Counted from the first letter of the stretch, positions 37,932 through 48,313 are shown. The stretch: 64,000 nt of DNA from an uncultured Leptospiraceae bacterium (GCA_964436695.1 CAYTEA010000018.1:6044-70043); one strand, 5' to 3'. Translations and numbers: made by a program. The notes: a model not told the origin generated them from the sequence alone.

Positions 37932-40298
37932 ATGATGAACGATTTATTTCTCAAAATTTCCAGAATGGCGCCTCCAATTCTTTTTATTCTTTCGGCTTTT
38001 ATTTCTATTCTCTTGTCCATTCTATTTGTTTTTGGAATGAGCTTGTTTTTTTTCGGAAATCTCCACAGTGATTATTTAATTCTCGGAATTCTAGCGGGAT
38101 TTCTGGTTTCCTTTCCGATTAACTTTATTTTTATTCAATTCCTAAAGAAAATCAAATACGATGAAATGAAATTTGTGGAATTAATCGACAATTCCCCTGA
38201 TGGAATACTCATCCACAACGGAAAAGAAGTTGTTTTTACTAATCGAAAATTGCTGAGTATCCTCCATCAGGAAAACCGCACAAAAAAAACGGAGCTTGAA
38301 GAAATCACGAATTTTTTTCGGAAATATCTAAACCAAACTGAAAAAAATCCGAATGATTCAGAACCCGATGAATATAAGATTACTTGTTTGGATGGCAAAG
38401 AAATAGAAGTGGAAATCAGAACAAACCGTATTTATTTCAGAAACGAAAATTGTAACCAATATATTATCCGGGACATCTCCGAAAAAAAAATAAAGGAGAA
38501 GGGACTCGCATTTCAATACAAAATTTCTGATATACTATACCGCGCCAAAGATAGGAAAGATGCGATACGTGAAATCCTGAATGCTCTTTTCCATTTGAGC
38601 AATTGGAAAACAGGAAGCTTTTGGGAATTGAATTTGAAAACAAACCGGTTGGAATGGTTTTCATCCCATAATTTTGCCGGTTCCCAATTTCCAGTTTTTC
38701 AAACGCAAACGGAAAATTTCAGTTTTAGGAAGGGAGATGGTTTGATCGGCCTGGTATGGAAATATCAGAAACCCGTCTGGGTGGACGATTTAAGGAATTA
38801 TAAGGATTTTTTAAGATTGGCTACTGCTTTGGATGATAATTTGAAATCGGCTTTTGCTTTTCCCGTTAAATACAATGAAGAATTTTACGGTGTAATGGAA
38901 TGTTTTAGCGACCATATTAAACCGCTAAATAGAGATATCATCGATATGTTTCAGAGTGTAAGCCAAGAAATCGGAAGATTTTTTCACCATAAAAAAGAGG
39001 AAGCTGTAGTTTATAAATTGAATCAGGCTATTCATTCCAGTCCGGTTGCAATGATGTTGACTTCTATTGAGGGAGATATTGATTATATCAATCCTCAATT
39101 TACTGATTTAACGGGTTTTCAAAATGAGGATGTATTGGGGAAAAACCCAAGGATATTCAAATCGGGTTTTACTGGTCATTCCGAATACAAAGAATTTTGG
39201 GATAAAATTCTATCGGGAAAGAAATGGAGCGGACTCTGGTACAACAGAAGAAGAACCGAAGAAATTTATTTAGAAAAAGAAACTGTTGCTCCTATATTTG
39301 ATAAAAATGGTGACCTAACAAATTTTGTTGCCACAAAAGAGGATTTTACTAATCAGCTCAAATTGAGAGAAGCGATACTCGAGGCAAAGGAAATTGCAGA
39401 AAAGGCGAATCGGGCTAAAAGCGATTTTTTAGCCTGTATGAGTCATGAAATCCGAAATCCATTAACTACTCTGATTGGAATGATTTCTCTATTGGAGGGA
39501 ACTCCGCTAAACGCAAAGCAGAAAAAATTTCTAAATATTGCAGAAACCTCCGGAAACCACTTAATGCAGCTAATCAATAATATTTTGGATTTTTCAAAAA
39601 TTGAAGCTGGTAAGATAGAATTGGAAAATACAGAATTCCATTTGCGGGAGGTTGTTTCCAATGCGATTGAATTGCTCTACTATTCTGCCGATCAAAAAGG
39701 ATTGATTTTAGGGTATTCTATTTCTCCGGGTGTAGAACCCTTTCTTAAAGGGGATAGCTTTCGGCTAACCCAGATTTTGTTGAACCTGATAGGGAATGCG
39801 ATAAAATTCACCCAAACGGGAAGCGTTAGGCTAGAGATTCGGAAGGACTCCGAGATCCCAAATAAGACCAGACTCATTTTCGATGTGATAGACACAGGAA
39901 TCGGCATTTCCGATGAAAATCTATCCAAACTATTTATTCCTTTTTCTCAAACCGAAAGTTCTATTTCAAAAAATTATGGCGGAACTGGTCTTGGACTATC
40001 GATAACAAAAAATCTAATTGAGCTAATGAACGGAACGATCAGCGTAAAGCATAATGAAAATGGAGGAACGATCTTTTCTTTTACTGCTGAATTTGAAATT
40101 CAAAGCGCAATATCCAATTCTGGAGTTTCAACTCTGGATAATAAGATAGATTTTGGCACAAATAATCGGATGGGCCATAAAATCCTTGTAGCAGAAGACG
40201 ATTCGCTAAATAAACTTGTTATCCAAGAAGTGCTTCCGAACTCGGCTATTACTCAGATATTGTTTCTACCGGGAAAGAATTGCTGGAATTATTGGTGA
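37932..40298 (+). CDS. hybrid sensor histidine kinase (TM-PAS-GAF-PAS-HisKA-HATPase_c, start of REC), reading frame broken in the receiver domain
   Basis: H-box CMSHEIRNPL, N-box LNLIGNAIKF, G1 DTGIGI, G2 GGTGLGLSI, then HKILVAEDDSLNKLVIQEVL (REC start) runs into out-of-frame sequence. Confidence 0.85.
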   Translation: MMNDLFLKISRMAPPILFILSAFISILLSILFVFGMSLFFFGNLHSDYLILGILAGFLVSFPINFIFIQFLKKIKYDEMKFVELIDNSPDGILIHNGKEVVFTNRKLLSILHQENRTKKTELEEITNFFRKYLNQTEKNPNDSEPDEYKITCLDGKEIEVEIRTNRIYFRNENCNQYIIRDISEKKIKEKGLAFQYKISDILYRAKDRKDAIREILNALFHLSNWKTGSFWELNLKTNRLEWFSSHNFAGSQFPVFQTQTENFSFRKGDGLIGLVWKYQKPVWVDDLRNYKDFLRLATALDDNLKSAFAFPVKYNEEFYGVMECFSDHIKPLNRDIIDMFQSVSQEIGRFFHHKKEEAVVYKLNQAIHSSPVAMMLTSIEGDIDYINPQFTDLTGFQNEDVLGKNPRIFKSGFTGHSEYKEFWDKILSGKKWSGLWYNRRRTEEIYLEKETVAPIFDKNGDLTNFVATKEDFTNQLKLREAILEAKEIAEKANRAKSDFLACMSHEIRNPLTTLIGMISLLEGTPLNAKQKKFLNIAETSGNHLMQLINNILDFSKIEAGKIELENTEFHLREVVSNAIELLYYSADQKGLILGYSISPGVEPFLKGDSFRLTQILLNLIGNAIKFTQTGSVRLEIRKDSEIPNKTRLIFDVIDTGIGISDENLSKLFIPFSQTESSISKNYGGTGLGLSITKNLIELMNGTISVKHNENGGTIFSFTAEFEIQSAISNSGVSTLDNKIDFGTNNRMGHKILVAEDDSLNKLVIQEVLPNSAITQILFLPGKNCWNYW

Positions 40299-40552
40299 AA
40301 AATGAATATTCAATGGTTTTGATGGATTTGACTTTACCGGAAATGGATGGATTCGAAGTCGCAAGGATGATCCGTGATAAAACCTTTACTGGTTATGATC
40401 ACACAATTCCTATTGTTGCTTTTACTGGAAGCGCCTTAAAGGAAGACAGAGAAAAATGCTTTAAAGCCGGGATGAATGATATTTTATTAAAGCCGTATAG
40501 ATTGAATGATTTGGAGAATATGTTGAATAAATGGATTAGAATCGGGAGTTAG
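40280..40552 (+). CDS. C-terminal remainder of the receiver domain of the upstream hybrid kinase (frameshift fragment)
   Basis: MVLMDLTLPEMDGFEVARMIR (phospho-acceptor Asp), IPIVAFTGSA and KAGMNDILLKP. The same frame read upstream gives ELGYYSDIVSTGKELLELL, which joins onto the kinase ORF. Confidence 0.8.
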   Translation: MLELLVKNEYSMVLMDLTLPEMDGFEVARMIRDKTFTGYDHTIPIVAFTGSALKEDREKCFKAGMNDILLKPYRLNDLENMLNKWIRIGS

Positions 40553-40557
40553 AATTT

Positions 40558-40905
40558 TTGGAAGATCCTGTAATTGATGGAAAAAAAGCCGAAGAATACA
40601 GAGCCTTAAAAGGTGGGTCGAACGAACTGCTTATCCGGCTCTTGGAAAAATATATTGCAGGCGCGGAAGAATACATATCCAAGGCACGCTCATTTTTAGA
40701 GAAAAATGACGGAAAGAATCTTTACAATGTAATTCATAATTTCAAGGGATCTTCATTAACAATGGGACTTATGCAAATGTCTAAAATATTGATTGAACTG
40801 GAAACTCAGGTAAGAGCGAGTAATTTTGCAAATGTGGAGTCCATGCTCAATGAATTGAAAGGCAATTTGGTATATGTAAAAGAATACCTTACCAAGTTGA
40901 GTTGA
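40558..40905 (+). CDS. Hpt-domain histidine phosphotransfer protein
   Basis: VIHNFKGSSLTMGL is the HxxKG Hpt motif in a protein of about 115 aa predicted to be helical. TTG start. Confidence 0.75.
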   Translation: MEDPVIDGKKAEEYRALKGGSNELLIRLLEKYIAGAEEYISKARSFLEKNDGKNLYNVIHNFKGSSLTMGLMQMSKILIELETQVRASNFANVESMLNELKGNLVYVKEYLTKLS

Positions 40906-40939
40906 GCCAACTTGAAAAAATTATTGGTTATGAATAAGA

Positions 40940-42184
40940 ATGTCTGACGGTAGAATATTAGTAGTTGAAGACGACCCCACGATCGCGCAAATCCTGAATG
41001 AAGTACTAACAAATTCAGGTCACCAGGTTACCCATGCAGAGAACGGAGCTGACGCATTGAAAATTTTCAGCGAGGAGCCGTTTCAGGTTGTGATTACGGA
41101 TTTAGAAATGCCCGTGATGGATGGAAGGGTGCTAATTGAAAATATTTTTGCTCTAAATGAGAATACTGTCATCATTGTACAAAGCGCTCATAATGATATT
41201 TCCATGGTAATCGACGTTATGAAAAAAGGGGTGTACGATTATTTTGTAAAACCTCTGAACATTCAGGATCTGATTATAAAGGTCAAACGGGCGACAGAGG
41301 CTGCAGATCTCAGGAATTTGAAACAAATCCGGGATAAAGAAAAGATACTTCGTCTTGAGAATCAGATGAGCTGGTATAAATGGAAAGACAAAGCAATGGG
41401 CAATGTCGATACGAAAGATAAAGTAAAATTTCACAAATCTCTTTTTGACAGCTTAAAAACCAATTTTTCCCAAGGGGCCGGTTTTGGGATTATGGTTTCA
41501 TTGGCAGACATGATTTCAGGTTCACCTAAAAATGAGAAAAATGAATACCTGATCAGCGCGGAAATTATCGACCTATTCTTGAACAATGTCAAAGTCACCG
41601 AAAAAGCCCTTTCGATATTTGCGGAAATTGACTGGGTAATTTCAAATCCGCTTCCGCTGGCAACCGAAACGCTCAAAGATTTTTATGGACTGATTGCGGA
41701 TATCAAAGTCGATACTTCAAAATATTTACAGATAAAAAAACAGAAATTACTACTCAGTGACCCGAAGCCGAGTTTTCCGAATTATGCTTTGGAATACAAT
41801 AGGGAATATATTCAAAAAGTCATAAGAGAGTTATTCATGAATGCAATGAAATTTTCAGCTCCGGATTCCAGCATTATTGCAATTTTGGAAGTTCGGGACG
41901 AGAAAGTATTTTTTTCCGTTATCAACAAGGCGCTGGTTGATAGGCGCGGAATCGTAGGGATTCCCCAGGAATACCAGAATATTATTTTCGAGCCTTTTTT
42001 TCGACTATGGGATTTTACATTTGAAGAATATGAAACTCTGGATTATGGCCTTGGCCTTACTTTAGTAGAGAAAATCATAGAAAAGCACAGAGGTTTTGTA
42101 AGTGTTAACAATCTTCTTGACCACAGTTCGTCTCAACCTGAAACGAAAGTGGAATTTTCCGTTTCTATTCCATTAAAACAATAA
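40940..42184 (+). CDS. response-regulator receiver fused to a histidine-kinase-like ATPase domain (no recognisable H-box/DHp)
   Basis: REC: ILVVEDDP...VVITDLEMPVMDG...DYFVKP. HATPase_c: RELFMNAMKFS, FEPFFRL, DYGLGLTLVEKIIEKHRG. Confidence 0.8.
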   Translation: MSDGRILVVEDDPTIAQILNEVLTNSGHQVTHAENGADALKIFSEEPFQVVITDLEMPVMDGRVLIENIFALNENTVIIVQSAHNDISMVIDVMKKGVYDYFVKPLNIQDLIIKVKRATEAADLRNLKQIRDKEKILRLENQMSWYKWKDKAMGNVDTKDKVKFHKSLFDSLKTNFSQGAGFGIMVSLADMISGSPKNEKNEYLISAEIIDLFLNNVKVTEKALSIFAEIDWVISNPLPLATETLKDFYGLIADIKVDTSKYLQIKKQKLLLSDPKPSFPNYALEYNREYIQKVIRELFMNAMKFSAPDSSIIAILEVRDEKVFFSVINKALVDRRGIVGIPQEYQNIIFEPFFRLWDFTFEEYETLDYGLGLTLVEKIIEKHRGFVSVNNLLDHSSSQPETKVEFSVSIPLKQ

Positions 42185-42835
42185 TCATTTTTCAGGAATG
42201 TAAATTTTCTTTTTTTGGATATAGTCAAATACATCTCCGCCTAACATTTTTTTGAATTTCTTAATTTCTGAACCGAGTGTGGCTTTCTTCTTTTTCAGAT
42301 GGCTTCTAATTTCTGTGGAACTGCATCGGATTCTTTTATTGTTCAGAAGAATAATTTTTTTTTGACTTGCTTTGGAACTTTTGCGTAGAAGATTTTTTTC
42401 CAGACTTTTAATTTTTTTTAAAGTTAGCCCCGGCTTTCTCTTAAAAACGAGCAAAGTCGCAAGTTCAATTATTTTATCGGGGTCTTTCCATTTGTGAAAA
42501 TTCTCAAGATTATCCTCACCGATCAAAAAATAGATCTCCTCTTTGGGAAATTTCCGCTTTAGGAAACGTATCGTGTCGATTGAATAGCTCTTGTCTAAAT
42601 TTTTCAGTTCAAAATCGCATATCTCGTTTTTCGGATTGTCAATCTGATCCAGAAATATTTCTAGCATTTTCAGTATTTCAGATTGTTCCGCTTTTTTAGT
42701 TTCTTTGAATGGAGAAATTCTGTTTGGGATTATGAAAAGTTTTTTTGCATACGGAAAAATTTTCCAGAATTCGAGAATAACATTTTTATGTCCGATGTGT
42801 GGGGGATCAAAGCTTCCCCCGAATATTCCAATCAT
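42185..42835 (-). CDS. nadD: nicotinate-nucleotide adenylyltransferase
   Basis: IGIFGGSFDPPHIGH and SSTEIR. I chose the ATG at 42835, 1 nt after the proA stop. The track start at 42862 overlaps proA by 26 nt. Confidence 0.9.
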   Translation of the reverse strand: MIGIFGGSFDPPHIGHKNVILEFWKIFPYAKKLFIIPNRISPFKETKKAEQSEILKMLEIFLDQIDNPKNEICDFELKNLDKSYSIDTIRFLKRKFPKEEIYFLIGEDNLENFHKWKDPDKIIELATLLVFKRKPGLTLKKIKSLEKNLLRKSSKASQKKIILLNNKRIRCSSTEIRSHLKKKKATLGSEIKKFKKMLGGDVFDYIQKKKIYIPEK

Positions 42836-42836
42836 T

Positions 42837-44090
42837 CTACTTTCGGATTTGCCCGTCTCCAAAAAGGTAAGTTGTAGTGGTTGTAAGATGAATTAACCCC
42901 ATCGGCCCTCTCACATGGAGTTTCCCAGTAGATATTCCGACTTCTGCTCCAAGCCCTAGTTCTCCCCCGTCGTGAAATCTGGTGGATGCATTTACGAAAA
43001 GTGCAGCAGAGTCGATCGAGTGTAAGAATTTCTGAATGTTGTGGTAATTTTCAGAAACGATTGCCTCGGTATGTCCGGAAGAATATTTTTCTATAAAAAG
43101 GATTGCCTCATCCATGTTTCGCACTGACTTAACTGATAGACGTAGATCTAAAAACTCGGTTTTATAATCTTCGTCGGTTGCAAGCTTGCAACTTGGAAAT
43201 AATTTTGATAGATTTTCATCCAGATACAATTCTACACCTGATTCAATCAATTTGCCTAGAATTATTTTTGTATTCGGAAATTTTTCGTGAATGACTAAAT
43301 TTTCCAGAGCGTTGCATACCCCAGGTCTTTGTGTTTTGGAATTTAGAACGATCGGTATAAGTTTTTCCAGGTCGGCTGATTCATCAACAAAAAGATTGCA
43401 GACCCCTTTGTCGTGCTTAATTACAGGGATAGACGAGTTTTCAATTACGAAATTTATTAATCCTTCCCCACCTCTTGGGACAACTATATCAATCTCGTTT
43501 TTCATTTTCAATAGGGGAATGAGAATCGACCTATCCGTATTTTCGATAAATACGACTGCATCCTTTGAGATTTGATTTCTTTCCAATACACTTGAGAAAA
43601 TGTTCACTAGGATTTTATTCGTATTTACGGCTTCGCTTCCCCCGCGAAGAATGCATACATTCCCGGATTTAAAAGACAAGGCTCCGACATCGATAGTTAC
43701 ATTTGGCCTGGATTCATAGATTACAAGGACAACTCCAAGTGGTACCCTTTTTGTGGTTAGCTCTAAACCGTTTGGCAGAGTGGAACCTCTTACTACTTCC
43801 CCAACCGGATCGGGCAAGGACACGATTTCCAATAGGGAGTTCGAAAGCGATTGGATTCTTTTGTCATCCAGAAGTAGTCTGTCGATTAGCGCTGGCGATA
43901 GATTTTTCTTTTTGCCTTCTTCTATGTCGATCTTGTTTGAAGAAATGATCGAGTCTTTATTTCTTAGAAGCTCTTCGGCAAGCTGTTGAAGAACTTCGTT
44001 TTTTACATGAGTGGAAAGTCGCCTAACGCTTTTTTTTGCATTATGGGCAAGCTCAGCTATCCCTTGTGCGTATTTGATTGAATTATCCAT
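42837..44090 (-). CDS. proA: glutamate-5-semialdehyde dehydrogenase (gamma-glutamyl phosphate reductase)
   Basis: ALDH-fold ProA pattern ([37 protein letters not shown]). ATG at 44090 lies just after the proB stop; the track start is 44102. Confidence 0.9.
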   Translation of the reverse strand: MDNSIKYAQGIAELAHNAKKSVRRLSTHVKNEVLQQLAEELLRNKDSIISSNKIDIEEGKKKNLSPALIDRLLLDDKRIQSLSNSLLEIVSLPDPVGEVVRGSTLPNGLELTTKRVPLGVVLVIYESRPNVTIDVGALSFKSGNVCILRGGSEAVNTNKILVNIFSSVLERNQISKDAVVFIENTDRSILIPLLKMKNEIDIVVPRGGEGLINFVIENSSIPVIKHDKGVCNLFVDESADLEKLIPIVLNSKTQRPGVCNALENLVIHEKFPNTKIILGKLIESGVELYLDENLSKLFPSCKLATDEDYKTEFLDLRLSVKSVRNMDEAILFIEKYSSGHTEAIVSENYHNIQKFLHSIDSAALFVNASTRFHDGGELGLGAEVGISTGKLHVRGPMGLIHLTTTTTYLFGDGQIRK

Positions 44091-44091
44091 G

Positions 44092-44949
44092 TCATACTCC
44101 ATTGAAGCTGGATTGAAAAAAATCTGAAAAGTTGTTTTCTGTAAAATCTTTTTTGTTGGAAGAGGGCGATATGAGTGTACCGGTTTTATTTTCTCTTAAT
44201 AATTTGGACAGGGAATTTTTTGTCTTACCATTTATGATTGCAGTGGAAATTCCGTATTCCCTTAAGAATGCGGCTGCTTTTAATTTGGTATTCATCCCTC
44301 CACTTCCTGGTCCCTCAGGCCCTTTCGCGAACTGTAAATCTTCTTCGCTTACTTTTTCCAAAAAATCGACTGTATTGCCGTTTTTGAGAAACCCATCCAC
44401 ACCAGTAAGCACTACCAAAAGATCGGCTCCGATGAGCGCTGAAACAATTGCAGACAGAAAATCATTGTCACCTAATTTTAGCTCTTCGGTTGCAATTGAA
44501 TCATTCTCATTTACAATCGGAAGTATATCCCATTTTAATAGTTGTTCGAAAGTGTTTCTTAAATTTTTAAGCCCTTCATTCTTTTTTATATCCACAACCC
44601 CGAATAGAATTTGTGCAATAGTTATATTTACTTTTGAAAAAAAGCTTTCATACAGATTCATCAATCTGTTTTGACCCATAGCCGCCAAAGCCTGCTTTTC
44701 TTTAAGGGACTCATTTTTATCTTTCAGTAATGCAGGTATCCCCGAAATCGTATTTCTTCCTTGAGCAATTGCTCCACTGGAAACCAGAATGATTTTTTTC
44801 CCTTCGTCTCGGAGATTTCTGACATCGCCTGCAAGTGAAAAAAGAAAATCATTGATTTCGTTTGCATTTCCCGACACTCTAGCAGATCCGATTTTTACTA
44901 CAATCGTTCCAGAGTTTTTTATTGTATTGTCAAAATCCTTTCTGTTCAA
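44092..44949 (-). CDS. proB: glutamate 5-kinase (short form, no PUA domain)
   Basis: [35 protein letters not shown]. Confidence 0.9.
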   Translation of the reverse strand: MNRKDFDNTIKNSGTIVVKIGSARVSGNANEINDFLFSLAGDVRNLRDEGKKIILVSSGAIAQGRNTISGIPALLKDKNESLKEKQALAAMGQNRLMNLYESFFSKVNITIAQILFGVVDIKKNEGLKNLRNTFEQLLKWDILPIVNENDSIATEELKLGDNDFLSAIVSALIGADLLVVLTGVDGFLKNGNTVDFLEKVSEEDLQFAKGPEGPGSGGMNTKLKAAAFLREYGISTAIINGKTKNSLSKLLRENKTGTLISPSSNKKDFTENNFSDFFQSSFNGV

Positions 44950-44967
44950 GTCATTTTCCTTGCGAGA

Positions 44968-45582
44968 TCACTCAATTTTTTCCAGTGTGTCGTTTTCCAG
45001 TAATATTTCAGTATATTTATTTTCTTTTGTTATGGAAAAAACTCCCAGGCTTTTTTTCGAAGGAAAAAATTTTCTGAATCCCCTGGAAGCTTCGGTTAAT
45101 GATTCCATGCAATCCTTCGGCAATTCCTGAAAATTTTTCTTTGAGATGGAGAAAGGAAAAAATTCAGTCTCATTCGGTCCGATACTTTTTTTATCAAAAT
45201 TTAGGTTATTTGACACGCAAACAAGCCCTTTGGAGGATTTGATTTTATATTCAAATTTCTGCGCCAAATTTTCAGGAAATACTAGCGTCTTATCGCTCTG
45301 ATTTTTTACAAAAAGAAAATAATTTGCAGAATCTTTCTCATCCTCTTTCGATTTTTCAAAATAGATTTGAAATTGATTTTCTATAACCTTATTTGATTTT
45401 TTTCCAATGTGGCCGAGAGAGGGATCGGAATTTTTTGCAACAAAGTAAAAAACAACCATTAAAATGAAAATGTCTATATATAAAACGATTTGAATCCATC
45501 TTCTTTTTTTCTGAGGCCGGTTGACCTTATTCAAAAACTCTCTGAGTTCCTCAGGACTTCGGGAATGATAACCTTTAGCCAT
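44968..45582 (-). CDS. membrane-anchored hypothetical protein, 204 aa
   Basis: One TM helix (IQIVLYIDIFILMVVFYFVA). No motif recognised. 8-nt overlap with nnr. Confidence 0.55.
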   Translation of the reverse strand: MAKGYHSRSPEELREFLNKVNRPQKKRRWIQIVLYIDIFILMVVFYFVAKNSDPSLGHIGKKSNKVIENQFQIYFEKSKEDEKDSANYFLFVKNQSDKTLVFPENLAQKFEYKIKSSKGLVCVSNNLNFDKKSIGPNETEFFPFSISKKNFQELPKDCMESLTEASRGFRKFFPSKKSLGVFSITKENKYTEILLENDTLEKIE

Positions 45583-47062
45583 TGGATATGCTCTTTTCGA
45601 TAAATTTTCTTATTTTAGAAGCCGTTGGAAATCGGGTTTTCATATTTAAGGAATATTGCAGTATCGATAATGATAATTGCACCGAGTTCAAAATTTCGTA
45701 TTCTCTTGACAATAGCCCGGAGAGAATTCCAGCGAGTAAATCTCCGCTTCCCATTACTGCAAGTTTCGGATTGGGATAGTTCCAGATGAATCTTTCACCG
45801 GAAAAATTTGAGAATACTGATATGCTATCTTTTAATAGTACATTCACATGAAACGCCTTTGAGTATTCTTTCAAATCCTCGTAAGCTTCAAATTTGGTTT
45901 TGTATTTCTTTCCGGTCAGCCTAGAAAATTCTCCTGTGTGAGGTGTCAGTATCACATTCGGAGATAATTTTTTCTGACTTACCATATCCAATGCGCCTGC
46001 ATCCAGTACATAGAGTTTTTCTTTTTGGATGATACTATTCATTTCATAGGGAAAATCTTTTTTGTCTAGTCCCGGGCCGATCAAAACTACTTTGGATTTC
46101 TGAAAGAACTGGTCTTCCTTGAAATTCTTTAAATTTCCAGCCATCATGGATTCATCCTTGGCCAGAATTTCAGATATTGTGAGTTCTGAATTGGAAAAGA
46201 CTTTTGAAATTCCTCCACCGGTCATGTGAAATGCCCGTTGGGACATGATAGCAGCTCCACTCATTCCGTTTGACCCGCCGATAATGGAAATAGACCCGTT
46301 GGAATATTTGTTGGAATTTTTTTTTCGTCCGATTAGATTTTGGATTTTTTTCCAGGGTATTTCTTTTAACTCAAACACTGGCTCATCCGGGCTTTTATAA
46401 TTTCTTAATGGGAAACCTATGTTGTGGTATGTTTTTTTCAATTTATCCGGATAAAAAAAAGAATGAATTTTTTTTGTTCCGACTTCGCATAAAATATCGG
46501 AAAGAAAATAGGGGTCAGTGCCGGGGGAACTAGGTGAGAATCCAGAAATAGTATCAATAGAGATTATTTTTGTATTTGGATAGTTTTCCTTTATTGAATT
46601 CACTTTTTGGATTATTTCCGAGTATTCTGTCGAGATCGGAGGCTTAAACCCTGTTCCTAATAGGCAATCCACGAATACCTGATTTTCTGAATTCTGGAAT
46701 TTTTCAGAATTGAATTCACCAAGCGTGCAAATGTTCAAGCTAGATTTGATTAATAAATTGTTGTAGAATTCGGTTGCCTTTGAATATTCTCCTTCCTTTA
46801 AATAAACTTTGACATTGCAGCCCGACTGAAAAAGAAAATACGCAAGGCTTAATCCGTCCCCACCATTATTTCCTTTCCCGGATAAAATAATTATTCTTGC
46901 ATTTCGGAATAATTTTGAAAATTTCTGAAAGATGGAAAGTGCAGCAAATCCCATAAGCGATGTCGCAGAAATTCCGAATTCAGAAATTGCAAATTTATCC
47001 AGTTCCCTTGCCGTTCTTTCCGAGTAAATTGGCTGTCTGTACCTTTCTAAATCTATTTCCAC
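45575..47062 (-). CDS. nnr: bifunctional NAD(P)H-hydrate epimerase / ADP-dependent dehydratase
   Basis: YjeF_N motif GKGNNGGDGL. The C-terminal carbohydrate-kinase domain contains GGSNGMSGA, TPHTGEF and GSGDLLAG. Confidence 0.9.
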   Translation of the reverse strand: MEIDLERYRQPIYSERTARELDKFAISEFGISATSLMGFAALSIFQKFSKLFRNARIIILSGKGNNGGDGLSLAYFLFQSGCNVKVYLKEGEYSKATEFYNNLLIKSSLNICTLGEFNSEKFQNSENQVFVDCLLGTGFKPPISTEYSEIIQKVNSIKENYPNTKIISIDTISGFSPSSPGTDPYFLSDILCEVGTKKIHSFFYPDKLKKTYHNIGFPLRNYKSPDEPVFELKEIPWKKIQNLIGRKKNSNKYSNGSISIIGGSNGMSGAAIMSQRAFHMTGGGISKVFSNSELTISEILAKDESMMAGNLKNFKEDQFFQKSKVVLIGPGLDKKDFPYEMNSIIQKEKLYVLDAGALDMVSQKKLSPNVILTPHTGEFSRLTGKKYKTKFEAYEDLKEYSKAFHVNVLLKDSISVFSNFSGERFIWNYPNPKLAVMGSGDLLAGILSGLLSREYEILNSVQLSLSILQYSLNMKTRFPTASKIRKFIEKSISNG

Positions 47063-48177
47063 TGATAAATTTCCACAAAACCATTTCGTATCCGGAAAGA
47101 ATAAATATTATCCTCCTGATCCGTGTAGGTTTCTCTCCATTGTCCTCTAGGTGGAGAAAAGGAAAGCCTGATGTTGTTTACATGATTTCCTTCCTTGTCG
47201 TGCACCTGAAGCTTTACCGAATTCCCTCCGTCTTCGGTTTCCCAGACATAAAACTCTCCGTTCTTTTTGACTGAAAACAATACCTCGGAAGGATCCTGGA
47301 TTTCAGTAAGCAGAGTTTCGGATTTTTCCTTTTTGAAATAATATTTGTAAATTCGTCTGAATTTGAATCTGGAATCGGGTTTTGTAAAATACGCCACACT
47401 AATGAGTGCATACCCGTCTTCACTGTGAGGGATCATATTTTCCAATTTGACTTTGTATTTTTTGGAGTCTTCATCGGAAAATACACTTAACGCTCCTTCC
47501 TTGAGGGTTGAATTCAGTTCACCATTTACATAATGGCTAAGCCGCATTTCCTCTGCGATTTTATAGTAAACGTACAGGTTTCCATCATCGAATGCATAGA
47601 TTTTCTCAATGTAGCGGAAAGGCTCCGAATTCAATCCGGAAACCCCGATCATCTGTTCAGATGTTCCTTTACTGTTCACCCTGAAAATGTAGGACGGGAT
47701 ATTTCCATCTTCCCCAATTTCGAAGTTGCCACTGTATTTTGTGTACGGGGTCTCCTTCGGATTTCTTTTGGGCAGCTGGTCTTTGGAACTAATCCTATTC
47801 TGGACATAGATTTCGTCTTTTTCGGTTGGGGCGATGATGCCCAAAACTCCGAATTTACGAGGGATGATTTTTGCCTTTGACTGGGCTTTGACGGGAGAGG
47901 CTCCGATCGCGTAATCCAATTGCCCGCCAAAATCGAATATCTTGACCGTGGAATTTTTGAAGTCCGCGACAAAAATCCTTCTCGAAAAGACCGGGAGTGT
48001 GACCGGAAGGTTTGTAATTACATTGTTTATGGTAACTCCATCGATAAACTGTATTCCTTCTGCTATTTTAATTTTGGAGATAAGCTCCGGTTTATAATTT
48101 TCCACCTTAAACCGAATACAGTTATTCAGGGTAAGATAGAAGAGTAAAGTCAGGATAGATTTAAAGAAAAGCTTCAT
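47053..48177 (-). CDS. putative lipoprotein, 374 aa, unknown function
   Basis: N-terminus MKLFFKSILTLLFYLTLNNC (signal plus Cys). Composition looks beta-rich. Confidence 0.6.
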   Translation of the reverse strand: MKLFFKSILTLLFYLTLNNCIRFKVENYKPELISKIKIAEGIQFIDGVTINNVITNLPVTLPVFSRRIFVADFKNSTVKIFDFGGQLDYAIGASPVKAQSKAKIIPRKFGVLGIIAPTEKDEIYVQNRISSKDQLPKRNPKETPYTKYSGNFEIGEDGNIPSYIFRVNSKGTSEQMIGVSGLNSEPFRYIEKIYAFDDGNLYVYYKIAEEMRLSHYVNGELNSTLKEGALSVFSDEDSKKYKVKLENMIPHSEDGYALISVAYFTKPDSRFKFRRIYKYYFKKEKSETLLTEIQDPSEVLFSVKKNGEFYVWETEDGGNSVKLQVHDKEGNHVNNIRLSFSPPRGQWRETYTDQEDNIYSFRIRNGFVEIYQWK

Positions 48178-48313
48178 AATAAAAGTCTTAAGTTTTTTTT
48201 GCTTTACATGGCAACTAAGTTTTGTGGTATGCTCATTTTAATACTTGTTCGCCCTTGTTTCTGGGGTTATTTCAAGAATTTGCTGTGAGATTAGGTGGAG
48301 GTTCGTTGCTTTT

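Noticed and set aside
44132-44674. 180-aa plus-strand ORF antisense to proB
   Set aside because: It lies entirely inside a gene with clear glutamate-5-kinase motifs. It has low-complexity Ser/Phe/Pro-rich composition and is a shadow ORF.
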